Below are positions 10,073 to 20,814 of a stretch of 64,000 nt of DNA, piece by piece (position 1 is the stretch's first letter; every line of letters starts with the position of its first letter). The stretch lies in the IMG/VR virus record IMGVR_UViG_3300031957_002938, positions 1 to 64,000 of that record; one strand, given 5' to 3'. Both the position numbers and the translations under genes were made by a program. Under the pieces are notes generated by a model. That model saw nothing but the letters and a program-made list of their open reading frames with translations, ran no database searches and was not told the origin of the DNA. The stretch comes from a virus.

Positions 10073-11029
10073 TTATGTTCCTGTTGGAATTACACCCAAA
10101 GGGTCTTCTACAAAGTCTACGGTCAATGTATTAGAATTAACATAGTTCCAAGTGTGCGTCCATTTTGGACAATAGTAAACTTTTGGTCTATTATAAACAG
10201 AAGGTATTTGATGTTCGAATCTTCTGTAACCACCTTTGTTTTCTAAAAAGTGGATCATGCTTTTGGTTTGGGAATCAGAAATATTATTAAAACTATAACT
10301 AATATCAAAAGTAGAAATATTGTCATTGGTTTTTAATCTTTGTTTAAAAGAGTTCTTATACTGTAAAACATCTGCTTTTATAGTTACGTCATTTTGTGTG
10401 CCTATATCTGGCTCGAAAAAGAACTTTTGGCTCCACATAGAAGATACTCCTGTAGGACTATTACTTTCTGTAGAGCTATGGTCTCCAGTGCAATAATAAA
10501 AATTATCTAATTTATTTTGATTTAAACCAGAATATACTACATTATATTTTTTGTATGTAGTTGCTGGACTCCAACCGTCAAAATTTAAATTAGCAAAACA
10601 TCCCATTCCTGACCACTTTAATAAAGTCGGAGCATGATCTACACTTATAGTTGATGCTACTTCATAATGTTGATTATTAATAAAATTAATAGCATAATTA
10701 TTACAAAAACCTGTTACCGTTTTATATATATTTGAAGAATCAGGAGTGAAAGGAATATCTTCTACACCCGATTGATTTTCAAAAAATACAGCTAATCTTT
10801 GAGCATTAGTTTCATTTACATCATACCTTACATTAAATTGAGCAGTTAAACTATTTACTGAATAAGGAACTAAATTGTAATAAAAATCATCAGTATTATA
10901 ACTATTATTAGTAGCTTGAAAATTAACTTGTGATCCATAAACAGGAGTAAGATTTAACGCGCCAATAGTAGAAGGAACGGTGATTCCAGAGATATTGTTG
11001 TCTCTATTATAAAATAAACTTTCGCTCAT
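10073..11029 (-). CDS. Minor tail protein, distal-tail / lambda gpM-like with two repeated domains
   Basis: Duplicated LAVFFENQSG / MIHFLENKGG pattern; position after the tape measure. Confidence 0.55.
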   Translation of the reverse strand: MSESLFYNRDNNISGITVPSTIGALNLTPVYGSQVNFQATNNSYNTDDFYYNLVPYSVNSLTAQFNVRYDVNETNAQRLAVFFENQSGVEDIPFTPDSSNIYKTVTGFCNNYAINFINNQHYEVASTISVDHAPTLLKWSGMGCFANLNFDGWSPATTYKKYNVVYSGLNQNKLDNFYYCTGDHSSTESNSPTGVSSMWSQKFFFEPDIGTQNDVTIKADVLQYKNSFKQRLKTNDNISTFDISYSFNNISDSQTKSMIHFLENKGGYRRFEHQIPSVYNRPKVYYCPKWTHTWNYVNSNTLTVDFVEDPLGVIPTGT

Positions 11030-11835
11030 TGATGTCCTATATAGTTGAGTGTTAAACGAACTGCTCCGTCAGAGCTAGATGTCAATTGTTCAGAAACAAG
11101 AGATGCATTAGGTATTGTTAATAATTGTATTCCATCTCCATTTTTTGCAGAGAGTAAAAAGCTAACGGTTTTATTTTCTCTATCATTTAAAAAATCAAAT
11201 CCACTTTGCAAAAAAGTATCATCCACTTCCATTTGTACAGAAGCTGAATACTGAATTGGATTTATATGTTTTACTTCCGTTGGTGTTTCAGACCCAATTG
11301 TATAGTATGGTTTTTTATTCATAGTTAATGAATAATCAAAACCAATCACACGATTACTAGAGCTATTATCACAAGTAGCAGTTATAGACCCTTGGCTTGG
11401 TATATAAATTGGAGTTGGTGTTGTTCCACTAGCATTAACCCCACTTCTCATTTCATCATAAACAACAAAAGATGTGTTAACTTTCGGAATAGCCCCTACA
11501 GCGCAATTAACAGAATAAGAAGATAAATATCCACTATTAAACCCATAAGAACTATTATTATTATAGTTAAAACTTCCCGCCATAGCTTCAGATGCCCCCG
11601 TAAAAGCTAAAATAGGATCTTCATAAATTAAATTTCTAGAAAAAGAAACAGTTTGACTTGTAGCGCCGCCTACCGCTGTTAAACCACGGCTCGATCCTAA
11701 AGGAGCTAAAACAGTGCTACTATTTGAGTAACCTATATCAAGACTTTCTACCCCAGAAAGCTCTCTTGCGCTTGGGCTTCCATCCGCTCCTGATATAAAG
11801 AAGTGGCAGTCGTAATTTAATGTTGTGTCATACAT
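11026..11835 (-). CDS. Tail tube-like minor tail protein
   Basis: GYLSSYSVNCAVGAIPKV matches AYLSDYSVEMAVGAIPTV of the major tail protein. Confidence 0.65.
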   Translation of the reverse strand: MYDTTLNYDCHFFISGADGSPSARELSGVESLDIGYSNSSTVLAPLGSSRGLTAVGGATSQTVSFSRNLIYEDPILAFTGASEAMAGSFNYNNNSSYGFNSGYLSSYSVNCAVGAIPKVNTSFVVYDEMRSGVNASGTTPTPIYIPSQGSITATCDNSSSNRVIGFDYSLTMNKKPYYTIGSETPTEVKHINPIQYSASVQMEVDDTFLQSGFDFLNDRENKTVSFLLSAKNGDGIQLLTIPNASLVSEQLTSSSDGAVRLTLNYIGHQ

Positions 11836-14800
11836 TATGCTCTAGCTTGTCTTAAAGATCCTCCTAGCCTTTTTTCATCATCAATAACCTGTTTTACAAC
11901 ATCTCTTATTCTTCCTGCAAGATTTGTATTTTCTTCATCTGCGTTTCCATTTTCGCTAGATGTTCCATCTGAATTTACAGTGATGTTAATTATAGTTTCT
12001 CCTTGGTTATCAGAAACAGAAATTAATTCATCGAGCTTGTTTATAACAGCTCCTCCATCTCCAGAACCTCCACCAGAATTCATAGAGGATAATGCACCCC
12101 TACCAATTCTTTGTGTCGCCGCTGCATTCATTACAAACTCTCCTCCTGACAACATAGTAGGAACAGTATCTACTCCCGCTGCATAAGGTATAGATCCTCC
12201 TGTAGCGGCTTTTTTAGCAGCTTCACCGCCGCCGCCACTGAATAGACTATTTAAACCAAAAGACAAAGCGAAAGATGCTACAGAACCCAACAAAGCTTTA
12301 TTAGCTTGCTTCTCTTGCTCTCGCATTTGTTTCTCTTTGTTAATCTGTTGGACATATAATCCAAATGCTGATTTTTTACTAGCTTGCTCTTGTGCAAATT
12401 GTGGGCTGTTCCTACGCCCAAACATTGTAAGAGCTGCACTTTGAGGCTCTAGCGCAACAGAGGCGAATCCAGCCCCACCAGAAACAGAATCGAAAGCTCC
12501 AGTTGTAAATCCTTGAGTCGCGAAGTCTAAAAGGTTATTTTTACCCTTTATTGATTCCTGCCCATAAGTTCCTGGGGTGAATAATCCCCCTCGGTTCATC
12601 ATGGGAATTTGCCCTTGGTTCAAAGCTGCCATAAAACCTGCTCCATATTTTTGAACAGCTCCTTTTTTCATTACGAACTCTCCACCAGTCAAAAGAGCTG
12701 GAACATCATCTCTAGCCCCAGATCCTCCAGTAACTGGACCTCCAGAGTTTCTACCTAAAAACCCTAAAATGCTGCCAAAAAATCCTCCTCCTGATCCTGA
12801 CCCTTCACCGACTATACTATTAACAGCCTTTTGCATGAATGCTTGAGACAGAGTATTGAAGAAATCCGCAGCAGCACTTCTCAACAACCCGCCTAAATCC
12901 TCTCCTTTAGCGATAGCGTCTGTCATCGCTCTCCCTATGTTTTGGGCAAATTGAGCTGATGCATCTATTAACTGACCTGAAAATTCTTCCTGCTCTTTTA
13001 AAAGTCTTACTGTTTCTGTATCGTCTGCAATAATAGCATTACCCATGTTAGTTCTATTTTTTTCTCTTATGGCTAACTTTGCTCTCTGGGCTGGATCTGT
13101 GGCTAAATCTCGCTCAATAGCGCCTTGTCTTGCGCCTCTTAACATATCAGTCCCCATATCATCTAAAAGTTGACCCCGACTCTTTAGGAAGACACCTGCG
13201 GCTTCTAGATTAGCTTGAGCATTTTTTTTCGCTGCACTTGCTTGGTTATTCATCTCTTCGCGAGATCTTGCAAAACCGTCTCTTAAATTTGAAAGCTCTT
13301 GAGCAATTTTGTCTCCTTCTTCAGAGTCTCTTCCAAGTTGTAGTTCTATTGCTTTGTCTAAAGCAAAATCTGAACCCACATTTTGAATAACATCAGAGGC
13401 AGACGATCCTTGACTACCCGTCTGCATTACAAGCTCTGATATTGCTGCTGGACCTAACTTCTCTATTCTATTTGTAATTTCTTTGTTTATACTTAAATCA
13501 AGAGCATCTCTTCTATTTCTATTGTCATCTTTAACATCTGATAAAGCGTCTTGAGCAGCCTGTATTCGCAAACCCTCACTTTGCCTATTTGAAAACGCTC
13601 CAGTCTCTCTGGCAGCTCTATCTTGCTCTCTAGATCTCATGCGCTCTTTTCTCCCTTCCACAAGACCAAAAGTGCGCTCCTCTTCTCCTCCTAGAAATGA
13701 AAGATCGCTAGCTGCTCTAATATTTGCGATTTCAGATGCTTTTACTTTAATATTACCAAGAACTCCTAACTGACCAGTAAGTTCTCTAGTTTTCTTTTCT
13801 TCTACTTTTAAAGAATTTAATTCTCCCTGTAATTTTTCTTTGATTCTGTCATCACTTTCTTCTAATAACTTATTAGTCTGTTCTATTAAAAGTTTTGTTT
13901 CTTCTTTTGTGAAACTTTCTTTATTAGAAGCATCAGCTATTAATTTTTGAAGTTCTAGAGATTCATTTTCTTTAAACGTTATCTCTTTACTGGCTTTAGC
14001 CATCGCAGCTACAGCATCTAAAGTTTTGTCTCTTAAACCAACATTAGCATTTAATATGTCTTGCTCTGTTTTTAGAGCAATCATTTCTTCTTCAGCAAGA
14101 CTTTTCGACAACTCTGCTTTCAATACTCTCTGATCCATTTGATCCAAAACAGTTCTATCTGCTTTGGCGAGATCAACTGCGAACTGTATTTGTTGTTTAG
14201 CCAAGTTACTTGCAAGTCGAGCAGTGTCTACTCGAAGTTTTTTTTGATCTGCTAACCTTTTATTTTCTTCTAATGTAAAAATATTTTCTTTTTGACTCTT
14301 AGGAATTGTAATACCTTTTTCTCCTAAACCAGCTTGGACAGCTTCACTTCTAAACATGTCCTGTGTATTTCCTCCACGGAATCCTTTCACAAGGTTTTTA
14401 AAATCTTCATCGCTTAAATCACTAATAGCTTTAGTAAATTCATCTAAATCTTTTTTAACTTTCTTATTGGTTGTCGATAGAAAATCAAGAAATTCATTTA
14501 AAGCGTCTTGCCCTAACTTTACTCGGAAAATTCCCTCGCTAGTTTCGCTAGCTTTACTTCCTAATTCATCTAATTTAGCATCTACTTGCTCCGAAGTTAC
14601 ACCTAAAGACAAAAGAGAGGTCGCTGCTTTGGTAAACATTTCTTTAAAAGATTCTCCACTTTCTGCATCTTTACCCCCCTCGAACAATCTTGATCTTTGA
14701 AAATTTTTGAATGTTGCATTTTTAATAGCGTTTGTATCAACTGCTCTAGCACCAGTAACAGGAGGTAAATCTAATTCTCTTGTTGTAACCGTCCCACCTA

Positions 14801-17800
14801 CAACAGCTTTAGCTTCATCTTTAAGATTTTGTTGTTCTACGGCACTAAGATTAGAAAAGTTAAATGTAAGTTTTTTTGTGGCATCTGTTAAAGCTGCCAT
14901 AGCTAATGAAGCAGCTTTATTTTTACCAGTTGCTTCATTTATTGCTTCGTTTATGCCTTTAAATACAGATATCCCAGCGCCTATAGCAGCCCCATAAATT
15001 CCTAATTTGCTTACAAATTTTCCTCCTACACCTTTTATATTTTTTCCAAAATCGTTCAAAGCTACCCCTGCAAAAGCGGCGCTTGTGGCTCCAGATAAAC
15101 TTTCACTGACTATGTTTGTATATTTCTTAACAGCACCACCAGCTCCTTCTGTGGCAGCGCTTAAGAAACTTAAACCAGCTTGAAGTGCAAATATCGGACC
15201 TAGCAAATCTCTTTGAGCTTTACCTTGTTTTTTGGTATCTTCTATTTGGCCTTTGGCTGCATCCGCTGTTGCGTTTTGAGTTTTCTCGTTGTTAGACAAG
15301 CTCCTAGCAAATTTATCGACTTCTTTAGAGGCTTTATCATAAGACATTGTGCCTTCTGCCACTTCTTTATTTAATGAATCTATTTTTGAATTCAATTCAT
15401 CTAAGTTAGCCGCGACTTTCTTAGATCTCGTTCCTATCTGTTGTAATGTAAGATTTGCCCCACTTGCACCTTGATAATTTGGAATAAACCCTCTAGAAGC
15501 AGAAGGTATCGCTCCAGTGGGTTCGTCTCTTGTATTAGTGACAGCAAGACCCATTGGGTTTCCAGCATTTCTTAATGTTGGATCTTGATTGATTCTTATT
15601 TGATTGATTGGAAGACCTGCGGCTTTTTCTCTTCCTATCGCATCTTCAAGAGGTGAAGCAAAATTTGGAATGTAACCAGAAGCTCCTCTTGTCGAAGCTT
15701 TCATACCCAGTTTACTCAAAACTTCCTGTTTTCCTTTGTCACTAGCTTTTGTTAACTCGATTACCCCTTTTTGACTAATTGATCTTCCACTAGCAGAAGC
15801 GCCGAAATAACTAAATATTTTCTTAGCCATGCTATTTCTAGTTCCAGAATTGTCTGCAATTTTAGCATCTAAAAATTTAATACCACTACCTTTCAAAGCT
15901 GGAGATATATCTCCGATACTATTAATCGCAGATTGACCCACATAATCAAATGTAGCTGTTTCTCCAAAATCGAAATCTTTACTTTTTAATAAAGAACTTA
16001 AAGCTGTTTCAAAAATCGCTCCAGCTAATCCACCTATCGCTCCTTGGTTGGCGAGGCGATTAATTTTACCCGCTGTTGGTCGGCCACCAGTCATGGATTT
16101 TGATTCTCTTGTAGCTAACCCTATAGAAAATCTTTCGACTGATCTTTTTATATCTTTTTCTTCTCTTACTTTTTCTCCTGCCGAATCAATCCCAAAAACT
16201 GGGAAACTATAAGTATTTCCTCCAAAGGTTCCTGTAGCTCTTCTCGACCCTACACCTTTACGTGGAATAATCATACCAGCGGCATTAGTTTTAACTGGTT
16301 TTTTAGCAAAATTAGGTATATATCCTCCAGCCGCGCCCACTCTTCTCGCTCCAGCAGGAAGCCCCATCGAAGAAACCATATCTTGGTTAAATATAGCAGA
16401 TCCTCCAGTGCCAGCAAAATTAGGAACCATATATTCGCTGGTGTTTGCCACCATTGTTCCCTTCTGACCACTACCAAAATTAAAGTTCGGTATGGTAACT
16501 GGTCTTGCTGATTTAGGCGCTCCTCCCACTCCACGGTTTATATCTGACTGTTCAGAGCCATAACCTATAACTGCATTAAAGTTAGGGATATAACCTCCAG
16601 CACCGCGACCTTTAAGCTTTTTAGTTCCACCCATAACTCCAGGAGCTATTGTAGCTGCAATACTTTGCATCCTAGTCATTATCCCCACTTGCTCATTTAA
16701 AGCTGTTGTGAAAAATTTTACTTGAGCTTTCCTTTTATCTGCAACGCTTAACTGCGAATTTTCAATAGCTAAAATTTGTTTTTGAATACTCTCGTTACCT
16801 AACAAAGTCGAAGCGATCTGTCCTTGTAGAGTAGCTTGCTCTTTCGCTGCTCTATTAAGACCAAAGAAAGTTTTTAAAGAACCAACACCGAACTTCGCTA
16901 AATCGGCAGTGAGCTTTAGAATGATAGCTCCAAAGATGGCCAACCCAGGTCCAGCGATTACACCTCCTATACCTTTTACTATTCCTTTAGCAAAAGTAGA
17001 TCCTGTCTCTTCTCCACCCCCAAGCAGTTCATTCACTTTAGCAAAAATACCACTAAAAAAGTCTAGAATACTTTTTAAATTATCTGTAACACCAATTTCT
17101 CCTAAAGTGTTAGCTAACTCTTTTAAATTAATAGTAGTCTCATTAAGAACAGCAGATAAAGTTTGGTTTAAGGCTATATTACGACTGTAAGCTTCATTGG
17201 TGGCTTTGCCAGCAATTTCAGTTACCTTAATAGCTGTAGAAGTTTCTTTATTATAATCTTCGAGAATAGCTAAGAACGGAGCGATTTGGAACTTGCCCAC
17301 TAAATTCTCTGCAATCTGCAACCTTTTAGCGTCAGGTAAAGTCTCTAAAGTTTTTCCTAAATTTTGAATTAATTTTGTTGCACTTAAAACCTGTCCTGAT
17401 GCATCAGTTACTTGGACACCAAGGTTTTGCATTGTCTCAAGTTTATCGAGACTTTGTATACGAGTGAAAATTGTTTTAAAGGAGTTACCAATAACTGCTC
17501 CCCCTCGGGCGGTTCTTTCTTGTACTGCTGTAATAACACCAACCAGTTCATCGAAAGAAACACCTGCCTGAATAGCAACAGAACCAGATCTCTTAATACC
17601 TTCGATCAAATCTTTTTCTGAAACAGCAGCCGAAACAGCGGCAGCAGATAATTTATTAAGAACTTCTGCACTAGTAATCCCAGTAGAATTGAAAGAGTTA
17701 ATAGCTGATGTCAAACCAGCAACCGCTTCAGCAGCACCCAAACCAGACAAACGACTTAAAACCAAAGAATCATTTAATCTTTTTGTAACTTCTTCTGCTT

Positions 17801-18233
17801 TTAAACCTTGTCGGCTTAATTCTAAAGCGGCGTTCGCCACTGTTTCAAATGATTGCTCTGTATTTCGAGCTACATCAAAAATGGTTCCCTTAAAGGTATT
17901 TAACTCTTTGTTAGTCGTTCCAAGAATCGAATTAATACTAGCAAGAGATTTTTCTACTTCGATAGTTGTTCTTACTAAATCCGCGAAACCTCTTTGGACT
18001 GCCGAAAGCACACCCACTGAAGCTCCAAATGCCAACACACGGGCGTTAGCTGCCTCCATAGATTTAGTGAATTCATCTGCTTTACCAGTAATTCGACCAA
18101 GAGGTTGAGAAAGTCCCTCGATGCTCTTCGCACCTGGACCCATATTAATTTTAAGGCTTTTCCCCGCTTTTTTAGCAGCAGCTTCTATGCTGGCCTCTAA
18201 TCCTGTTTGTGTGACTGGTATTCTAACTGGCAT
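11835..18233 (-). CDS. Tail tape measure protein (TP901-type core)
   Basis: 2132 aa, Ala/Gly-rich and helical; RGGAVIGNSFKTIFTRI; C-terminal DxVPAxLxGGEFVM motifs. Confidence 0.93.
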   Translation of the reverse strand: MPVRIPVTQTGLEASIEAAAKKAGKSLKINMGPGAKSIEGLSQPLGRITGKADEFTKSMEAANARVLAFGASVGVLSAVQRGFADLVRTTIEVEKSLASINSILGTTNKELNTFKGTIFDVARNTEQSFETVANAALELSRQGLKAEEVTKRLNDSLVLSRLSGLGAAEAVAGLTSAINSFNSTGITSAEVLNKLSAAAVSAAVSEKDLIEGIKRSGSVAIQAGVSFDELVGVITAVQERTARGGAVIGNSFKTIFTRIQSLDKLETMQNLGVQVTDASGQVLSATKLIQNLGKTLETLPDAKRLQIAENLVGKFQIAPFLAILEDYNKETSTAIKVTEIAGKATNEAYSRNIALNQTLSAVLNETTINLKELANTLGEIGVTDNLKSILDFFSGIFAKVNELLGGGEETGSTFAKGIVKGIGGVIAGPGLAIFGAIILKLTADLAKFGVGSLKTFFGLNRAAKEQATLQGQIASTLLGNESIQKQILAIENSQLSVADKRKAQVKFFTTALNEQVGIMTRMQSIAATIAPGVMGGTKKLKGRGAGGYIPNFNAVIGYGSEQSDINRGVGGAPKSARPVTIPNFNFGSGQKGTMVANTSEYMVPNFAGTGGSAIFNQDMVSSMGLPAGARRVGAAGGYIPNFAKKPVKTNAAGMIIPRKGVGSRRATGTFGGNTYSFPVFGIDSAGEKVREEKDIKRSVERFSIGLATRESKSMTGGRPTAGKINRLANQGAIGGLAGAIFETALSSLLKSKDFDFGETATFDYVGQSAINSIGDISPALKGSGIKFLDAKIADNSGTRNSMAKKIFSYFGASASGRSISQKGVIELTKASDKGKQEVLSKLGMKASTRGASGYIPNFASPLEDAIGREKAAGLPINQIRINQDPTLRNAGNPMGLAVTNTRDEPTGAIPSASRGFIPNYQGASGANLTLQQIGTRSKKVAANLDELNSKIDSLNKEVAEGTMSYDKASKEVDKFARSLSNNEKTQNATADAAKGQIEDTKKQGKAQRDLLGPIFALQAGLSFLSAATEGAGGAVKKYTNIVSESLSGATSAAFAGVALNDFGKNIKGVGGKFVSKLGIYGAAIGAGISVFKGINEAINEATGKNKAASLAMAALTDATKKLTFNFSNLSAVEQQNLKDEAKAVVGGTVTTRELDLPPVTGARAVDTNAIKNATFKNFQRSRLFEGGKDAESGESFKEMFTKAATSLLSLGVTSEQVDAKLDELGSKASETSEGIFRVKLGQDALNEFLDFLSTTNKKVKKDLDEFTKAISDLSDEDFKNLVKGFRGGNTQDMFRSEAVQAGLGEKGITIPKSQKENIFTLEENKRLADQKKLRVDTARLASNLAKQQIQFAVDLAKADRTVLDQMDQRVLKAELSKSLAEEEMIALKTEQDILNANVGLRDKTLDAVAAMAKASKEITFKENESLELQKLIADASNKESFTKEETKLLIEQTNKLLEESDDRIKEKLQGELNSLKVEEKKTRELTGQLGVLGNIKVKASEIANIRAASDLSFLGGEEERTFGLVEGRKERMRSREQDRAARETGAFSNRQSEGLRIQAAQDALSDVKDDNRNRRDALDLSINKEITNRIEKLGPAAISELVMQTGSQGSSASDVIQNVGSDFALDKAIELQLGRDSEEGDKIAQELSNLRDGFARSREEMNNQASAAKKNAQANLEAAGVFLKSRGQLLDDMGTDMLRGARQGAIERDLATDPAQRAKLAIREKNRTNMGNAIIADDTETVRLLKEQEEFSGQLIDASAQFAQNIGRAMTDAIAKGEDLGGLLRSAAADFFNTLSQAFMQKAVNSIVGEGSGSGGGFFGSILGFLGRNSGGPVTGGSGARDDVPALLTGGEFVMKKGAVQKYGAGFMAALNQGQIPMMNRGGLFTPGTYGQESIKGKNNLLDFATQGFTTGAFDSVSGGAGFASVALEPQSAALTMFGRRNSPQFAQEQASKKSAFGLYVQQINKEKQMREQEKQANKALLGSVASFALSFGLNSLFSGGGGEAAKKAATGGSIPYAAGVDTVPTMLSGGEFVMNAAATQRIGRGALSSMNSGGGSGDGGAVINKLDELISVSDNQGETIINITVNSDGTSSENGNADEENTNLAGRIRDVVKQVIDDEKRLGGSLRQARA

Positions 18234-18266
18234 ATCCGTAAACCTTTACTGTAATTACACAAAGAT

Positions 18267-19250
18267 TTACACATCATGCCCAGCTAATCGCATCATTTGT
18301 TTCATATCTAACTTGCCACCAGCCTTTTTCGCCTCTTCAGATAATAAGACATTACCCTTTTTAGCTTTTAGATTCTTCATATCTTCTTCTGTCGCTCCAA
18401 AAACAGCAGAAGCATCTGCATCTTCTCTTATTCCACCAGAATTTTTACCATCATTCCTTTGAGACTCTGAATAAGCTATTAGTTTTTCAGGATCATCTTT
18501 AACGTGGTCTGGAATGTCTTCGGTATACTGGAATATATTATGAAACATTCTTCCAAAAAGAACCACCCTCAATTGATATATAGTTAACTCTGTTATCGGT
18601 TTACCATAGAAACCATTGACATCTTCACACAAAGAAAGATACATACTAAAAAATGGCCTTAAAACCGCTTTTTGTATCGTAGAGTCAGTTAATCTTTTTT
18701 GAACATCTCTGTGGATTTCGCTCAATTTCAAAATTTGCCAAGACTCCAATTCACCAAACTCTTCTTCAGAATATAAATGATCTGTTAATTCTTTATTTTT
18801 AAACAATAAAAATCTTAATATTTCATCACCACTTCTGATTTCAGCATAACTCTCTGCTGTTTGGCCTACAATTTCTTTCCTTTTCTCTTGTAATGAGATT
18901 AGCTCCTTAGACTTTTCTTCTACTTGATTTAAAAAGTCTTCTTTTTGAGATTGTAGGAATACAGCTCTAGCTGTTTGTTTGAGGTTTTTAATCTCAAATT
19001 TTAAATTTTCTATAGCTAACTCATCAGAATCTTCCCAAATACCTTCATTTCTAACATACTCTAATTGATATTCCTCTGACGGCAATCCTTTAGAAAGAGC
19101 AAGTTCTCTGTATTTTTCATAATAGTTATGAAGATATCTTTGATCTCTTATACTTACATGTTTTATGAATACAGTCTTCTCTTCAAATGAGGCTTTGGTA
19201 TAACCATCAAAAGCTTCACCTACAAGAGAGATGTAAAACTCTTCCTTCAA
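18267..19250 (-). CDS. Putative tail assembly chaperone (downstream)
   Basis: Directly upstream of the tape measure; TTG start overlaps the previous stop. Confidence 0.5.
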   Translation of the reverse strand: MKEEFYISLVGEAFDGYTKASFEEKTVFIKHVSIRDQRYLHNYYEKYRELALSKGLPSEEYQLEYVRNEGIWEDSDELAIENLKFEIKNLKQTARAVFLQSQKEDFLNQVEEKSKELISLQEKRKEIVGQTAESYAEIRSGDEILRFLLFKNKELTDHLYSEEEFGELESWQILKLSEIHRDVQKRLTDSTIQKAVLRPFFSMYLSLCEDVNGFYGKPITELTIYQLRVVLFGRMFHNIFQYTEDIPDHVKDDPEKLIAYSESQRNDGKNSGGIREDADASAVFGATEEDMKNLKAKKGNVLLSEEAKKAGGKLDMKQMMRLAGHDV

Positions 19251-20002
19251 AGTTCACCTTTTTCAAGATCTTCTATTAGTTTGTTGAATTCTTTAGGAGT
19301 CGAAGCTTGGTTGAAAAACCAAAACGCTAAAATAGTTGTCACTTTTTTGACGATAGCTTGATAAAAATCTGTCGATAAATCTTCTTTATTGTAATAGTCT
19401 TCGATTTTTTCATCGAATTCTTCTCCTTTGAAATAAGGAATAGGCTTTTCATCTTCCTCTCTTTGAATATGAGTCAACATAAGAGTATACCATAATAGAA
19501 GCCTATTTTGAGCTTTTGTATCAGCAGTGTGATCAAAAAGTGACTGCATCGAACTTTCAGCATCTACAATTTTCCTTTTTGTTTTGGCTAGGTTTTCTTT
19601 TAAAGATTCTAGCTTTTCTTTTTGCTTCGCAGTTTTTTTGTCTACACTTTCTAATCGGACATATTCGTTTTGAATATCAAAGATTTCTTTGTAAAGTTTT
19701 CCGTAATCCTGTGCATCATCTTCACTCCAAACGCCCCCTGTGTCGCTATACTTCTTATAAAGCATAGCTTTCGTAAGAATTCCTTTTTTGACACAACGAC
19801 TCATTTCTACAGAATATTCTAGTTCCGCTTCCTCTAGCTCTCTCCTAGAAGGTCTTTTTAATTTAATATGAACAGGAGACTTCTCTTTTACTTTTTTAGT
19901 AATAGTCGTCTCTTCGCCAGTTTTCTTATTCTTGCGAGTGCTTTTCTTTTCGACTTCTTTCTCTTCATCTAGAGAGAATGAATATAATTCTTTAAATGCC
20001 AT
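19247..20002 (-). CDS. Putative tail assembly chaperone (upstream)
   Basis: Charged helical protein two genes upstream of the tape measure. Confidence 0.5.
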   Translation of the reverse strand: MAFKELYSFSLDEEKEVEKKSTRKNKKTGEETTITKKVKEKSPVHIKLKRPSRRELEEAELEYSVEMSRCVKKGILTKAMLYKKYSDTGGVWSEDDAQDYGKLYKEIFDIQNEYVRLESVDKKTAKQKEKLESLKENLAKTKRKIVDAESSMQSLFDHTADTKAQNRLLLWYTLMLTHIQREEDEKPIPYFKGEEFDEKIEDYYNKEDLSTDFYQAIVKKVTTILAFWFFNQASTPKEFNKLIEDLEKGEL

Positions 20003-20013
20003 AACCTTTTTCC

Positions 20014-20301
20014 TTATTTAAATATAAAACTTACTGTATAATTATCTAGTTCAGAATACAAATTTCTAATAGATTCGTTACCTTGATCTAGAATTCTTTT
20101 CCTAATCCAATTGACTTTTTTAGAAGTAAAATGATTAGCTGTATTTATAACATCATGATGCTCCTTTGGTATATTATCGTAGAGTTTTTCATAATGAAAA
20201 TCATGATCAGCCTTCATATCTTCTAATAAAGAAAGCATTTCTTTAAAAAGGTTAGAAATTTCATATTCAGCCCTTTTATTTAAACTTTTTTTCGCGTCCA
20301 T
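20014..20301 (-). CDS. Hypothetical protein
   Basis: Co-oriented ORF with typical composition. Confidence 0.6.
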   Translation of the reverse strand: MDAKKSLNKRAEYEISNLFKEMLSLLEDMKADHDFHYEKLYDNIPKEHHDVINTANHFTSKKVNWIRKRILDQGNESIRNLYSELDNYTVSFIFK

Positions 20302-20346
20302 GCCTTAATCCTATCTTATTATAGGAATAAAAGTGTAAAAATCAAC

Positions 20347-20814
20347 ATGGCAGGTTTTTTATCAGACGATCAAATAACAAAAGTTAGAAATTTAGCAGAC
20401 ACCTTGCACAGCACTTTCGCAAGGACCATTACTGTTTATAAAAATGCTAAAAAAACCTTAATAGCTTCTAACTCTTCATGGAACTCATTGTATAGAAGAA
20501 CTAATACTGGCTCAAATAGCTCTGTAGAATACACAGAAGTTTCTCAAAGTTTTACTGCTAGAATATATTACAAAGACATGGATAGCTCATACTTAACCGA
20601 TGATGGTCCATCTCAACAGGCTGGCTCTCAAAACAAGGTAGTTGTTCCTGCTGGAACTGTAGAAATTACAGTCAAAGAAGATGCTTACAATTATTTAAGT
20701 GAAGCCCGAAGAGTAGAATTCGATGGTCAAAAATTCATAATTGAAAGCGATGGACAGCCAAGGGGTCTTACATCAAATCAGTTTTATACTTTCACACTTA
20801 GCCCCACAGATTAA
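20347..20814 (+). CDS. Putative head closure / head-tail joining protein
   Basis: Size, beta-rich composition, first gene of the neck-to-tail-tube operon; GTGTAA upstream. Confidence 0.5.
   Translation: MAGFLSDDQITKVRNLADTLHSTFARTITVYKNAKKTLIASNSSWNSLYRRTNTGSNSSVEYTEVSQSFTARIYYKDMDSSYLTDDGPSQQAGSQNKVVVPAGTVEITVKEDAYNYLSEARRVEFDGQKFIIESDGQPRGLTSNQFYTFTLSPTD

Noticed and set aside
19240-19270. Programmed -1 frameshift joining the two tail chaperone ORFs
   Set aside because: The -1 frame has a TGA two codons before the downstream TTG, no XXXYYYZ site fits, and the +1 frame after CTT-TGA closes quickly; TTGA translational coupling is simpler
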